Source: an uncultured delta proteobacterium (lineage in GTDB: Bacteria > Myxococcota_A > Polyangia > Polyangiales > Polyangiaceae). From it: a stretch of 64,000 nt of DNA. Below, one piece after another: positions 22,058-33,128 of this stretch (the stretch's first letter is position 1; each line of letters opens with the position of its first letter). Made by a program: the position numbers and the translations under genes. Under the pieces are notes generated by a model. That model made no database searches and was not told the origin of the DNA. It saw only the letters and a program-made list of their open reading frames with translations. The stretch lies in assembly GCA_963850305.1 (NCBI GenBank), contig CAWKKR010000008.1, positions 928,001 to 992,000 of the forward strand, in the 5' to 3' direction.

Positions 22058-23755
22058 TTATTTGCAGGTTTCCAGTACCCTTGCGAACGCTCGCTCGCTG
22101 ACTCCCATCGCTCGACCAGCAGCGGCAATTTCGCGGGCCTGCCTGCAGGATCCGTTGAATGCCGCTGTTTTCGCAGCTCCCACCGCGCTGCCTTGAACGA
22201 GGCTCGCGCATTCCGTCTTCTTCTCCGGTTCATTGCAGCTGCGGAAGGCGAACGCCGCGCCGGGATAGTTTCCAGCTCGCGCGGCACTCAGGCACGCGGC
22301 GCATCCCGTCGCCATCGCCGGGGCCTTCTCCCGCTCGACCGATCCATGATGAGGCTCCTCCGCGTGTGCGGGCGGATTCACCACTGCTTGCTTCTCGGGC
22401 GGGCCCTGATCGGGCGCCGCGGGCGGCGCTTGAACCGGGGGGGCGATACCCGCGGATAGCGACGCCGCCTCGGACGACGCAATTGTCGGGGGGGAGCCCG
22501 TCTTCGGCCTGGTGAGAGCTACGACGGCGCCAACCGTCAGGATCCCCGCCGTGACTGCAAGGCCGACAATCAATGCCTTGCCTCGACCCGAAGCCGGAGC
22601 CGGCGATTCCGGAGTGGCCGCCATTCCGGAGACCGGCGACGCCGAAGTCGGCAAGATGGGCGAGCCGCCCGCCGGAAAGATGGGCGGAGTCATCCCGTTC
22701 GGCATTGCAGGCCCCACGGCCGGAGCACCGAGTGACGGGGGCGCCGACATGGCCGCCGTCTGTGCCGGTACGGCGAGAACGGGCCCGGTGCCCGTCATCG
22801 TCCCGTCCCCGGCGAGTTCATCTGCAAACTGCTGCGCCGAGCTCTGCCGGTCCTCCTTTGCCTTCGACAAGGCGCGGAGGACCGTCGCGCGCATCGAAGG
22901 CGGCACCTCGGTCGCCTCCGGCGTGGCCTCGAACGGGATGGGCTGCGCCGTCATGTGCTCCGTTGCCCATTGCCAGGGCGTATCCGCGTTGAAGGGGAGG
23001 CGGCCCGTGAGCATCTCGTAAGTCATCACCCCCAGCGAGTAGAGGTCGCTCCGCCCGTCGAGGGGTTTGCCGCTGAACTGCTCGGGACTCATGTACGGCG
23101 GCGTGCCCAGCACCATCCCCTGTTGCGTAAGCTTCTGCTCGTGACGTGCGTCCGCGGATTCCGTCCGCGCCGCGATCCCGAAGTCGAGAAGCTTGACGAC
23201 GTCCTTTTCGCCTGCGCGCTGCGTGATGACGACGTTGTCGGGCTTGAGATCGCGATGGATGACACCCTGGGCATGCGCCTCGTCGAGTGATCCGGCGATC
23301 TGCCGGATGATGCGGAGGACGTGCCCTGGGCGGAGCCTCTTCGACTCCTCGATGAGCTTGCTGAGCGGTTGGCCGGCGACGAACTCCATCGCGATATAGA
23401 GGGTGCCGTCCGCGGTGGCGCCGAAGTCGTAGACCTTGATCGTGTTCGGGTGCTCGAGCTGCGCGATGGTGCCGCATTCTCGATTGAAGCGCTGGCTCAC
23501 CGAAGGATCCCTCGAGAGATGCGCGTGTAGCGTCTTCAACGCCACCTTGCGCGTCGCGCTGCCCATGTTCTGTTCGGCCTCGTACACGACCCCCATGCCC
23601 CCTTCGCCCAGCACCCGCCTGACGTGATATCGGGCGCCGACGACCTGACCGACCAGCGTGTTTTCGACCGGAAGCACCGCGGCGACGTTGGCGCCGCACG
23701 CCGCGCAGAACCGCGCACCCTCCACGTTCTCACTGCCACACGTGTTGCACTTCAT
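22058..23755 (-). CDS. Zinc-ribbon Hanks-type Ser/Thr kinase with a TM helix
   Basis: GEGGMG, VALK, HRDLKPDN, DFG and GTPPYMSPEQ motifs. Confidence 0.95.
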   Translation of the reverse strand: MKCNTCGSENVEGARFCAACGANVAAVLPVENTLVGQVVGARYHVRRVLGEGGMGVVYEAEQNMGSATRKVALKTLHAHLSRDPSVSQRFNRECGTIAQLEHPNTIKVYDFGATADGTLYIAMEFVAGQPLSKLIEESKRLRPGHVLRIIRQIAGSLDEAHAQGVIHRDLKPDNVVITQRAGEKDVVKLLDFGIAARTESADARHEQKLTQQGMVLGTPPYMSPEQFSGKPLDGRSDLYSLGVMTYEMLTGRLPFNADTPWQWATEHMTAQPIPFEATPEATEVPPSMRATVLRALSKAKEDRQSSAQQFADELAGDGTMTGTGPVLAVPAQTAAMSAPPSLGAPAVGPAMPNGMTPPIFPAGGSPILPTSASPVSGMAATPESPAPASGRGKALIVGLAVTAGILTVGAVVALTRPKTGSPPTIASSEAASLSAGIAPPVQAPPAAPDQGPPEKQAVVNPPAHAEEPHHGSVEREKAPAMATGCAACLSAARAGNYPGAAFAFRSCNEPEKKTECASLVQGSAVGAAKTAAFNGSCRQAREIAAAGRAMGVSERAFARVLETCK

Positions 23756-23832
23756 CGGTTCCCTGTCCACGACGCCTCGAAAGCTGGCGGCATCGTACCG
23801 CCATAGCGCATCATGCGCCGAATCGCATCGAG

Positions 23833-24465
23833 TCACTCTCCGGAGCGTGCCTTCGCGACCGGCGGCCACTCCAGCGGAAAGACTTCACGGGTGAGACGGT
23901 CGACGAGGACGGCGCTGGTTGCGCGATCGCTGTCCGGGACCTCCACGCGCTGGGTCGTCTGCACTCCGGGACCGAAGAGCGGCGCGTCGTGAAGCGGACG
24001 ACGAGACCCGCTCGGCGGCGCTTCGTCCGCGAGCAAGGGAAAGTCGAATCTCACCCGATCGACGAGCTCCTTTCCCACCCGCAACTCCACCGCGAAACGA
24101 CCGACACGGCGCGCGGTCGGTGTTGGCCTGCGCAGATGAACGGCCTTCACCGCTGCCACGGTCAGGGCACCCCTGTCGTAGCGGAACGTGAATTCCCACT
24201 TTTGTGACGTCACGAGCGGCGCGGGATCAGGAAGGGCTCCGCCCTCGGCGGGCGGCGCGCCCGACACGAGACCCGCCGCGCTCGGCGACTCTTCGGGAGC
24301 AGGCGGCGCAGGGCCCGCGTCGGCTTCGTGATTCTCCTGGTGACCCTCGGCGAAGGCAACCGGCACGACCACCGAGGGGCCGCCCGTGCCGCTCGCTGCG
24401 TAGCGAGCCGAGCCGCAAGACGAGGCGACGAGCGCGAGAATCCCGGCGAACGCGACGCGGCGCAT
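23833..24465 (-). CDS. Hypothetical lipoprotein
   Basis: Lipobox ASSC and DRVRFDFPLL. Confidence 0.65.
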   Translation of the reverse strand: MRRVAFAGILALVASSCGSARYAASGTGGPSVVVPVAFAEGHQENHEADAGPAPPAPEESPSAAGLVSGAPPAEGGALPDPAPLVTSQKWEFTFRYDRGALTVAAVKAVHLRRPTPTARRVGRFAVELRVGKELVDRVRFDFPLLADEAPPSGSRRPLHDAPLFGPGVQTTQRVEVPDSDRATSAVLVDRLTREVFPLEWPPVAKARSGE

Positions 24466-24487
24466 GCGACGGTCCTTTGCATGCGGA

Positions 24488-25390
24488 TCACAGCGCGTCC
24501 AGCACCGGAGCGTCGACGTCTCCGGAGCGACCGCCGAGGGCCACCCAGAGCGACACCAGGTCCTCCGGGATCTCTGCCGTGACGGTCCACTCCTTCCGTC
24601 CTCCGATCGTCACGTCGATCTGGCGTGCGTGCAACGCGACCCTCGGGATCGCGAGCACCCGACCGTCGCTGAGCACGACGCGACGCGAACCTCCGTGCTC
24701 CGCGTCTCCAAGGAGCGGAGTCCCCGCGGCTCCGGCGTGAATGCGGATCTGATGTGTTCGTCCCGTGACCGGCGAGATCCCCAGGAGCACCCCGGAGGAC
24801 GCAAGCGCCAGTACCCGGTAGCGAGACTCGGCGCGTTGCGCTTCCGGACCACCCGCCACTGGTCGCCCGCGGACCCGACCAATGGGAGTATCCCACGCCC
24901 CTTCCGCAGGCTCCGGTGCCACGGCCGTCAACCCCACGTAGCGGCGCAAGATGTTGGCTCCAGCCTTCAGGGCCGCCGCGCGGCGTTTCGCCTCGGGGCC
25001 CGACGCCACCACGACGATACCGCTCACCTGCGCGTCGAGCCGCGTGACCGCGTGGAGCATCGTGCGGGCAACGCCGAGCGTCGCGGACGTCAGCTCGAGA
25101 AGCGACACCCTCCCTTGCCGATCCGGCTCTGTCGAGAGGTTCGCTGGCTTCGACACGGCGTACAGCCCCTGCCACTCGGACAGGATCTCGACGTCGGGCG
25201 CGGTCGAGGCTTGCTTTCCGTGCACCACCACTTCGTCGCCGGGCCGCACGGGTTGCGCGGCATCGAGGACGCGCTTCCTGCCCTGAAACACCCTGCCGTC
25301 GCCAACCGCCGTCTCGGGTTCGCCCAGTTCTCGGAGTACGTCGCTGACACGCTCCGGCCCTCCGGCGCTGACGAAGAACCGGGTGCTCAC
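24488..25390 (-). CDS. RluA-family pseudouridine synthase
   Basis: SKPA, TRLD...SG, TGRTHQIRIH and LHA motifs. Confidence 0.9.
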   Translation of the reverse strand: MSTRFFVSAGGPERVSDVLRELGEPETAVGDGRVFQGRKRVLDAAQPVRPGDEVVVHGKQASTAPDVEILSEWQGLYAVSKPANLSTEPDRQGRVSLLELTSATLGVARTMLHAVTRLDAQVSGIVVVASGPEAKRRAAALKAGANILRRYVGLTAVAPEPAEGAWDTPIGRVRGRPVAGGPEAQRAESRYRVLALASSGVLLGISPVTGRTHQIRIHAGAAGTPLLGDAEHGGSRRVVLSDGRVLAIPRVALHARQIDVTIGGRKEWTVTAEIPEDLVSLWVALGGRSGDVDAPVLDAL

Positions 25391-27997
25391 GCGCCGACGG
25401 GCTCCACGGTGCCGGCGTCTCCGTCGACCCGGACGCGCTCGCCGTCGCGAAGGAGAAACGGCGCGTCGAACAGTCCCGTGACGACGGGCAGACCGCAATC
25501 CCGTGCGACCACCGCGCTGGACGAAAATGGAGTCCCGAGCCCGGCGACGATGGCCCCCGCGTGCAGAAACAAGGGAACGAGCCCGAGATCGAGACTCGAA
25601 ACGACGAGGACGTCTCCCGCGGAGAACCGGTCGATGCCCTGGAGCCTCGCGCCCAGCCGGACGACGCGACCCTCGCCAACCCCGGCGCTCGTCCGAAGGC
25701 CGTAAAGGACCTGGCTCACGCGCACCGGAAGCCTGCGATGCGGCACTCCGCGAAAGACCGCCGCCGGTGACGGCGTCCTGCGATGCTCGTCGAACTCTGC
25801 CCGGCGCGCACGGACGACCGGTGCAAGGTCTTCACGATACTTCGACACCGCGAGACCAAGCTCGTCCAGCCGCATCATCATCGCGGCGCCGCGCTCGAGC
25901 GTACGGATCGAGTCTCCGGATCCGGCAATCGACGTCGAGCACGACGACGCGCATCAGTCCGAGGCCGCGCGCCACGCGCTCGCGGCAGCGCTCCCGCAAC
26001 CTGAGCAGCTCCCGTTGCCGCGCCACGATATCGCGCACGACACGAGTCTCGAAGAACGACAATCCGCCTTCGAGCGAGGCGAGTTGCCGATCGGCGAGCA
26101 CGCGCGCTCGAGCCACGGCGGCGTCCGGGTCGACGGCGTCAGAGCGAAGCGATGCGCGGAGCATCGCCAGAATGGGAGCTGGATCTCGACCCAGCGAGGC
26201 GTATCGAGCTCCGTCTCCGAGATGGCGCGGTCCCCATACGCACCGAGAAACTGATCGATGGCCCTTCGGAGAGATCCGTCGGGCAGCTCGTCTCGAGTCC
26301 GCGCGTGCGCAAGCAGAGCCGCGCGCGCGGGCTCGTCGTACCGAGCGATGGCCGCGACGTGGCAAAACGCGGCCGCGGGCTTCGCCGTCACCACGTCCGC
26401 CCCGGACGAAACGGCATGGGCGAGCCACGAAGCTCGGCTCGCATCGACCCCGGCCAGCACGGAGGCGAGGAGAGTGTGCCCGCCGAGCGCCGACGCGCTT
26501 GCGCGAGCGTAGAGGCCGTAGGCGCGCGTCAGGAAATCCGCGACCTCATGCAGCGTGGTGGTGAGCGCATCGTCCGGCAGGATCGCCAGATCCATTTCAG
26601 CGAGCCAGCGACGCTCCTGTTCCGCCTCTCGCTCGAAGCGTTTCACGTCGTCCGCGAGCGGGCGTTGCTCCGTCGCGATCTGGGCGATCCGCAGACCGGC
26701 ACGCGCGAGCGACGGACGCCACGCGGGTTCGTGCGCCAGCTCCCGCGACCACTGCCCGGATGCGAGCTCGACGCGGGCGATGGGGTTCGCCGCGTCGTCA
26801 CCGTCGAGGGCGAGCGAGAGGTTGAGATACGCGCGTCCTGCGACGGTCGCGAGAAGGTGCGGCGCCTTCGCGGCACGCGATCCTCGCCCGGGCAGGGCGA
26901 GACGGGCCCGTTCCAGGAGTGGACGAGCCAGCAGGTGCGCGCTGAGCGGCGTGAGCGGCCCGTCCGGGGCCTCGGCAACCGCAGCTCTTCCAAAGAGCGT
27001 CCCCGGCGCGGCTGTCCCCGGAGAACCCCCGTGCTCTGCCGGCTGCACGTCCACGACGACCAGCTGATCTTCGTCGGAAACGACGAGCTCGACCACGGAC
27101 GGGCCGCCTGCGTCCAGCTTGCTGGCAACTGCCGCCAGTTCACGGACACGGGCGTCCGGGAGCAGAATCGCTCGGCGTCGACACCGGAATGAAGGACAGC
27201 GACCCCTCGTGCACGATCAGGTAGCGCTCCTCCGCCGCGGGGCGGGACGCCTGGATCGACCCATCGTCCGCGAAGGACGCGACCTGCGCCGTCGAAAGAT
27301 CGACGTCACGGTGGGACAGCCCGCTGACGGCTATCGCCAGACGACGGGGCACGGCCCGGAGGTCGCGGGGCACCTCCAGCATTCGTGCATCGGTGACGAG
27401 GACGATGCTCTCCTTGACCACGATGACAGGCTGTATGAGCACGGCGAGCGCGATATCCCGTATCCGGCGTGCGCGCAGGTAATGGAGCGTCGATTCCGTC
27501 GCTGCTGCCGCCCAGACCCGGCGGATCGCGTGGCCGAGACCTTCGCGGCTGAACACGGCGAGCTCGGTCGCAGCAAGACCCGCCGCACGTGCGACCCCCT
27601 GATCGGAGACAATCGCGCTCGCGCGGACCGCGAGACCCCACGGCGCCCCGTCCGACAGGGTCTGGAACGCGCGATCGAGCTCACGTTCCACGTCGGTTTC
27701 CAGCGCCGCGTCGAAGAGGGCTTCGCGGGCATGTGCGGCGCGCTCGACGCCTAGCGGGCGCTGGATGGTGCGCAGGAGCGACGACGGCTCGTGGCCCGGA
27801 GGCAACACTGCCTGGACGGCTTGTCTGAAGACGTCCGCCACGACGACCCACGTTTCCGGGATCGCAACGCCCAGTCGTTCGACCGAAACGAGCGCGCGAC
27901 CGAGCGCGCCCACCTGCGCGTCGCGACGGCCCATCGCCGAGGCGAGGTCCGCGAGCGGCACGACCGCGCTCGGACGGTTACGACCGAATCGGGCCAT
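25387..27997 (-). CDS. PEP-utilising/PPDK-like (rifamycin phosphotransferase-architecture) protein, split by three frameshifts
   Basis: AVRASA and AIRRVWA in the ATP-grasp part, AYGDRAISE.EL..PRW in the middle, and a C-terminal swivel domain (VARDCGLPVV, VRVDGDAGTV). Confidence 0.75.
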
Positions 27998-28008
27998 TCT
28001 CGGAGTCG

Positions 28009-28362
28009 TCAGTCCGTTCTCGGCGTTGGAATCGATCCGGTCGTTCGTCGGACGAGCTCGGCGAGAACGGGGTCGGTCGCCAGCTCGTCACGAAGAGTTT
28101 GGCGCACGAAGTCGAGTTGCGCCGCAGGAAGGCGCCCGTCGAGATGACGGACCGCGTCGTCAACGCGCGCGTCGAGGTACTGGTTGAGGTCTATCTCGCC
28201 GCGTTCGAGGCGCTCGAGGGCGGGGCTCGGCGCGGGTCCTGACGCCGCGTGGGGGGCGTCCGCCCCCTTTGCGGCTTCCGCTCTCACCTCGCGAACACCA
28301 GGGTCGGCCGTTCCGACGCTGCGAACGGGTCGTCCAGGACCGTCGATTCCGTCTACGCCCAT
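28009..28362 (-). CDS. Hypothetical protein
   Basis: 117 aa ORF with a helical C-terminus. It lies 11 bp before the next gene on the same strand. Confidence 0.65.
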   Translation of the reverse strand: MGVDGIDGPGRPVRSVGTADPGVREVRAEAAKGADAPHAASGPAPSPALERLERGEIDLNQYLDARVDDAVRHLDGRLPAAQLDFVRQTLRDELATDPVLAELVRRTTGSIPTPRTD

Positions 28363-28499
28363 GATTGCATCTTACCGATTTCGGCCGTGTTCGCCGCTCG
28401 GCCCTTCGAATCCCCCGAATTGAGGCTCGAACGGCGGAAAACGACTGCCCGACGTGGCACTCGTTCGGACGGCCCGCGCCACGGGTTGCGTGAAATCCG

Positions 28500-29477
28500 T
28501 CAGATCCCGAACCACGGCGCCGCGTTGACGGTCTCCGCGCCATGGCGAATCTCGAAGAACAGGACCGGCCCCCGGTCGCCCGTCCCGACGCGGCCAATCC
28601 GGTCGCCGGTCCGCAGCTCGGACCCCACCTCGACGTCGATACTCGAGAGATTTCCGCTGACCGTATAGTAGCCAGACCCGTGGTCGATGATGACGGCGCG
28701 GCCATAATCGGCGTACGTGTCCGCGAACGCCACTCGGCCCGGATAGACGGCGTGCACCGCCGCACCGAGCGCGGCCACCATTTCCAGTCGCGGACCGGCG
28801 CGGCCACCGTGAGCAGGTCGAATCTCGACGCGGCCCTCGATCGGGAAGGGGAGTCGGCCCTTCAGCGACGCGAAATCGCCGGGTGCGTCGGATGGGTCCG
28901 CCGGACCGAGGAGCGACCCGTAGACTGCCGTGTGCCGAACCAGCTCGTGGCTCGTGAGGAATGCGCTCCGGAAAGCGGACTCTCGCTCTTCGGCGGCCGC
29001 GATGGCCACGTGCGAACGCGCGAGCGCCGCGTGCTCGGATTCGAGAACGGCGCGGCGATCTTCCAGACTCTCGCGCCGCTTCGCGAGCTCGATCCGCTCG
29101 GTCGAAATCCGGCGTTCGCGATCCAGATCGCGCGCTAGCGCTTGCCTCAATCGTTCGACGCGCGAGGCGTGGTCCACGAGTGCGTCGAGCCCACCGCCGA
29201 CGGGGAGCAACCCCGCCCGCGCGAGCCGGACGTAGCTTCGCGCGCGAAGAATCAGGAGCGTGTGCACACGCGCGGCTTCCGCCGAAAGCTCGCTCATGCG
29301 GTCCGACACCTTCTTGTCCTCCGCGCCCACGCGATCGAGCACGGACTCGACGTCATCCGCCGTGGCGGGCATGGGCGATTCCTCACGATCGGGCTGGGGA
29401 GCCATGTCCGTCGTGGACGGCACGGCGGCCGCGGACGCGGTCGTCAAGAGGAGCACGGCGAGAACCCGGGGCTTCAC
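28500..29477 (-). CDS. envC: EnvC-like degenerate M23/LytM protein
   Basis: Coiled coil, KGRLPFP and YGRAVIIDHG. The Zn-binding His residues are absent and the gene follows ftsEX. Confidence 0.8.
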   Translation of the reverse strand: MKPRVLAVLLLTTASAAAVPSTTDMAPQPDREESPMPATADDVESVLDRVGAEDKKVSDRMSELSAEAARVHTLLILRARSYVRLARAGLLPVGGGLDALVDHASRVERLRQALARDLDRERRISTERIELAKRRESLEDRRAVLESEHAALARSHVAIAAAEERESAFRSAFLTSHELVRHTAVYGSLLGPADPSDAPGDFASLKGRLPFPIEGRVEIRPAHGGRAGPRLEMVAALGAAVHAVYPGRVAFADTYADYGRAVIIDHGSGYYTVSGNLSSIDVEVGSELRTGDRIGRVGTGDRGPVLFFEIRHGAETVNAAPWFGI

Positions 29478-29485
29478 GGCTTCCT

Positions 29486-30355
29486 TCAGACGAGGAGCAG
29501 CTTGCGGAGGCTACCGTAAGCCGCGAGTGCGCCGAGCAAGCCTCCCGTCGCGATCATCGCGACGGTCGCGTGCCACGGCAGAAAGCGCGGGGTGAGCCCG
29601 ACGAGAAGCCCCAGCTCCCCGTCGAAGCGCGTCCGCACGATGAGGAACAAGGCGAAGACGAGCGCGACGGCAAAGAGCGACCCGATCGCTCCCTGGACGG
29701 CCCCTTCGATGATGAACGGACCTCGCACGTAATCGTCCGTGGCCCCGACGAGCTTCATCACCTCGACCTCGATGCGCCGACGCTGCAGGGACAGGCGGAT
29801 CGTCGAAGCCACGACGCTCACCACCGCCGCCAGCACGACCGCGGCGAGGAGCGCCGCTGCCACGACGCCGGCGTGGAGCAAGGAACCCAGGCGCTCGGTC
29901 CAGGATTGGTACGTCTCCACGGACTCGACCGCCGGGAGCGCGGAGAGCGTGGCCGAGAGCCGGTCGACCCCGGCCTGGCTCACGTCGTCGTCGAGAGCAA
30001 CCTCGAGCGACGCCGGGAAGGCATCCGACGGCAACGCCGACAGGATCGCATCCGAACGATCCCCGAGGACCTCGCGGCGCGCGGCGTCGGAATCGACGTA
30101 TTTCACGCCGCGCACTTTCGGCGTGCTCCGCAGCGCTTGCTCGAGCTCCGCGATCGCGTCCTGGCTCGCGCCCTGCTTGAGATAGACGGACGCGCGCCCG
30201 GCGCGGGCCCAGGCGTCGCGAAGCGCCTCGACGTTCACGACGACGAGCAGCGCCGCGCCCATGCATACGAACGCGACCGCCACGCTGAAGATGCTCAGGA
30301 AGTGCAGGCGCCAATCGCCGCGCCCGCCGCGCCACGCTCGCTCGAGTGGAGTCAT
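29486..30355 (-). CDS. ftsX: Cell division permease FtsX
   Basis: TIRLSLQRRRIEVEVMKLVGAT...RGPFIIEG. Confidence 0.92.
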   Translation of the reverse strand: MTPLERAWRGGRGDWRLHFLSIFSVAVAFVCMGAALLVVVNVEALRDAWARAGRASVYLKQGASQDAIAELEQALRSTPKVRGVKYVDSDAARREVLGDRSDAILSALPSDAFPASLEVALDDDVSQAGVDRLSATLSALPAVESVETYQSWTERLGSLLHAGVVAAALLAAVVLAAVVSVVASTIRLSLQRRRIEVEVMKLVGATDDYVRGPFIIEGAVQGAIGSLFAVALVFALFLIVRTRFDGELGLLVGLTPRFLPWHATVAMIATGGLLGALAAYGSLRKLLLV

Positions 30356-30364
30356 TTCATTGCC

Positions 30365-31153
30365 TCACGCGACTTGAAGACTGACGAGCTCGGCATCTCC
30401 GGCGAGCCCTTCGGGCGCATCCATCGCCTTGCCGTCGTCGAGAACGACGACCCGCCGCGGCCGAACGTCGAGCAGCGACCAATCGTGCGTCGCGAAGAGC
30501 ACCGTCACGCCCGTCTCGTGGATGTCCTCGAGCAGGCCGAGGATGTCGATGGCAAGCTGCGGGTCGAGGTTACCCGTCGGCTCGTCCGCGAGCAGGAGCG
30601 CCGGCTCGCCGACGATGGCGCGGGCGACCGCGACTCGTTGCTGTTCGCCCCCCGAGAGCGTTGCCGCGACGTCCATCCCGCGCCCCCCTAGACCGACGAG
30701 TTCGAGCACTTCGCCGACCCGCTTGCGAATGAGGCGCGGCGACACGCCCAGCACTTCGAGCGACAGTGCGACGTTCTGCCAGGCCGTCCAATTGCCGATG
30801 AGCTTGAAGTCCTGGAAGATGATGCCGATGTTCCGACGTAGGTAAGGAACCGACGAGGGAGTAAGCCGTCCTACGTCGCGACCCATGAAAAGGATCCGGC
30901 CGCCGTCGACACTCTCGGCGGCGTACAGGAGGCGAAGGAGGGTGCTCTTGCCGGCGCCCGATGGCCCGGTGAAGAAAACGAACTCGCCGCGTTCGATCGT
31001 GAGGTTCAAGCCGCGGAGGACCGGGGAGTCCGCCCGATACGCCTTGTGGACGTCCTCGAAGACCAGCAGAGGACGACGAGCTGCGTCCGCATCGAACCGC
31101 TCGCCCTTCCTGAGCATCGGCCGAAACGAACCGCCGGCCTTTGCGCGCATCAT
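30365..31153 (-). CDS. ftsE: Cell division ATPase FtsE
   Basis: GPSGAGKST, PYLRRNIGIIFQDFKL, LSGGEQQR and DEPTGNLD motifs. Confidence 0.92.
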   Translation of the reverse strand: MMRAKAGGSFRPMLRKGERFDADAARRPLLVFEDVHKAYRADSPVLRGLNLTIERGEFVFFTGPSGAGKSTLLRLLYAAESVDGGRILFMGRDVGRLTPSSVPYLRRNIGIIFQDFKLIGNWTAWQNVALSLEVLGVSPRLIRKRVGEVLELVGLGGRGMDVAATLSGGEQQRVAVARAIVGEPALLLADEPTGNLDPQLAIDILGLLEDIHETGVTVLFATHDWSLLDVRPRRVVVLDDGKAMDAPEGLAGDAELVSLQVA

Positions 31154-31313
31154 GGACGGGAGGTACCAGCCGAAAGACGCCCGGAACAACTTTTCGGCGC
31201 GCTCGAGACCGCCCCGTTGGAGCCGCATCGGACGGCTTGGCCCGGAAAAAAAGAAGGGGGCTGCCGCTCCGGAAAATGCCGTGTACTGTAGCGACTTCCT
31301 CGGAGGAGGACGG

Positions 31314-32243
31314 ATGAGCGACCCCGTCAACAACGCACGAAATGCCCGGGAACGACTGGCCCACGCCCTCGGCGCTCTCCAGCAGCCCGGGGTTCCGCCG
31401 GCCCTGCTCGGCGTCGCCGAGCCCGTCGCCCAAGCCATGAGCGCGCTGCATCAAATCGAAGCTTCGCACGGCGCCGCGACGGCTCAGTCCGCGCCGAAGG
31501 CGCTCGACGGCGTTCGGCGCGCACTCGGCTCGCTGCAAGCAGACGCCAGTGGGCACCCCGCCGTGGTGCAAGCAATCGAAGCGGTCGCGGGCTCCCTCGG
31601 TATGATTCACGCGCTGAGCGCCGCTCCCGTGGCGGCACAGCCTGGGCCCGCCGCGGCGTTTCCCGCGGCTCAACCGGCTCCCGTCCGTGGCGGTCTCGGC
31701 TTCGCGGGAACGATTGCTGCCGAAGCACCCGGAGCGCACCCACCGCCGACACAGCCGTCGGCGGCTCTCCGCGCCCAGCAAGCGGCCCACGCGCGACCCG
31801 CACCGGTCCACCAGGCGCCTCCGCAGGCGGCGCCCGCTGCCCGCGCACCCGCCCAGCACCCTGCGCCCGCGCCGGCTGCAGCCGTACCTGTCGCTGCGGG
31901 GAATTTGCTGCGCATGAACGCCGAACTCGGGGTGCACAGCGCGACGAATTTCTACAAGGGCCTGAGCGGAAATGATCTCTTCGACTCGGGCGGCATCTTC
32001 ATCGCGACGTACCAGATCCCGTCCATCGGCCGCGAGTTGCTCATTCACGTCAGCATGCCCGGAGGGTACGAGTTCGACGCGAAGGGCATCGTACGGTGGA
32101 CACGCGAGGCGCCGCTCTCGACGGCCGGAGCCGAGGCCCCGCCAGGGTTCGGCGCGCAGTTCACCGAGATTAGCGCCGAAGGACGCCAGCTCATTCAGCG
32201 GTACGTCCGCAATCGCGAGCCGCTCTTCCACGACGATCTGTAA
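31314..32243 (+). CDS. Protein with a C-terminal TIGR02266/PilZ-like domain
   Basis: SATNFYKGLS..GGIFIAT..GIVRW..PPGFGAQF..REPLF. Confidence 0.75.
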   Translation: MSDPVNNARNARERLAHALGALQQPGVPPALLGVAEPVAQAMSALHQIEASHGAATAQSAPKALDGVRRALGSLQADASGHPAVVQAIEAVAGSLGMIHALSAAPVAAQPGPAAAFPAAQPAPVRGGLGFAGTIAAEAPGAHPPPTQPSAALRAQQAAHARPAPVHQAPPQAAPAARAPAQHPAPAPAAAVPVAAGNLLRMNAELGVHSATNFYKGLSGNDLFDSGGIFIATYQIPSIGRELLIHVSMPGGYEFDAKGIVRWTREAPLSTAGAEAPPGFGAQFTEISAEGRQLIQRYVRNREPLFHDDL

Positions 32244-32322
32244 GTCCGCGCCGTGAATCGACCGGCGCCGTAGTTGGTCGTTTTATTTCCCGATCCGCGC
32301 ATCCCTGATAACGCGGGGCACG

Positions 32323-32808
32323 ATGCTCCTTCGCACGCGGATGGCCCTCGGCTGCGCGCTCTTCCTGTCCGCCTGCGCCTTGTCGCCGCCGCCGGCTCAG
32401 CGCGTCGCGGAGGCCGCGCGGGAGCTCAACTCCGCCGCACGGTTCGGAGAGATGGACGTCGCTCTGCAGCACACGGCCGAAGGTGCGCGGGCCCATTTCG
32501 CGAAGCACCGCGTCGACTGGGGGCACATGGTGCGCGTCATCGACTTCAACGTCTCGGGCCTGTCGATGAAAGACTCCGAAAACGCGACCGTCATGGTCGA
32601 CATCCAGTGGACACGCCTGGACGAGGACACCCTTCGCGAGACGCAAGTCGAACAGACGTGGCGCGGCACGACGGAGGACAACGGCTGGGCGCTCACGCGT
32701 GAACGACGCGTGAGCGGTGACCTCGGCTTGTTCGGTGAACGGGTGGCACGGCTCGACTCGACGGCGCCACGCGAAGACGTTCAGTTCGCGTCGAAGACGA
32801 TTCGTTAG
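32323..32808 (+). CDS. Hypothetical lipoprotein
   Basis: Lipobox LSAC in a 161 aa ORF. Confidence 0.7.
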   Translation: MLLRTRMALGCALFLSACALSPPPAQRVAEAARELNSAARFGEMDVALQHTAEGARAHFAKHRVDWGHMVRVIDFNVSGLSMKDSENATVMVDIQWTRLDEDTLRETQVEQTWRGTTEDNGWALTRERRVSGDLGLFGERVARLDSTAPREDVQFASKTIR

Positions 32809-32855
32809 CGCGTCGCCAGAGGGGGATCAGGGACGCTCTCGCGGCGCCCTTGCTG

Positions 32856-32999
32856 CTAGCTGGCGCTGGCTCGCGACTTCGAGCGTGTCGTCGGGGCGGG
32901 GGCGGGCTTCTTCTTCACCTTCTTCGCGCGGGCCTTCTTCTTGGCCTGCGCGCGGCGGCGCTTCATTTTCATCGAATTGCGACGGTCGAATCGTCCCAT
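32856..32999 (-). CDS. 47 aa Lys/Arg-rich small protein (not in the ORF track)
   Basis: MGRFDRRNSMKMKRRRAQAKKKARAKKVKKKPAPAPTTRSKSRASAS*. Third codon positions are GC-rich and a GAGG lies upstream. Confidence 0.7.
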   Translation of the reverse strand: MGRFDRRNSMKMKRRRAQAKKKARAKKVKKKPAPAPTTRSKSRASAS

Positions 33000-33128
33000 G
33001 GTCTTTTTCGTGCCTCTGCTCGCCGCGAGTCTGCGCGGTTACTCGAGGCCCGCTCGATAGCGGAGCCGATGCAGGAACGCCACGTCTTTCGACGGCGGCG
33101 GTCCGGCGCGCCGGACCGCGAAGGCCTT

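Noticed and set aside
28500..29477. Novel inactive peptidase
   Set aside because: Loss of Zn ligands is normal for EnvC next to ftsEX.
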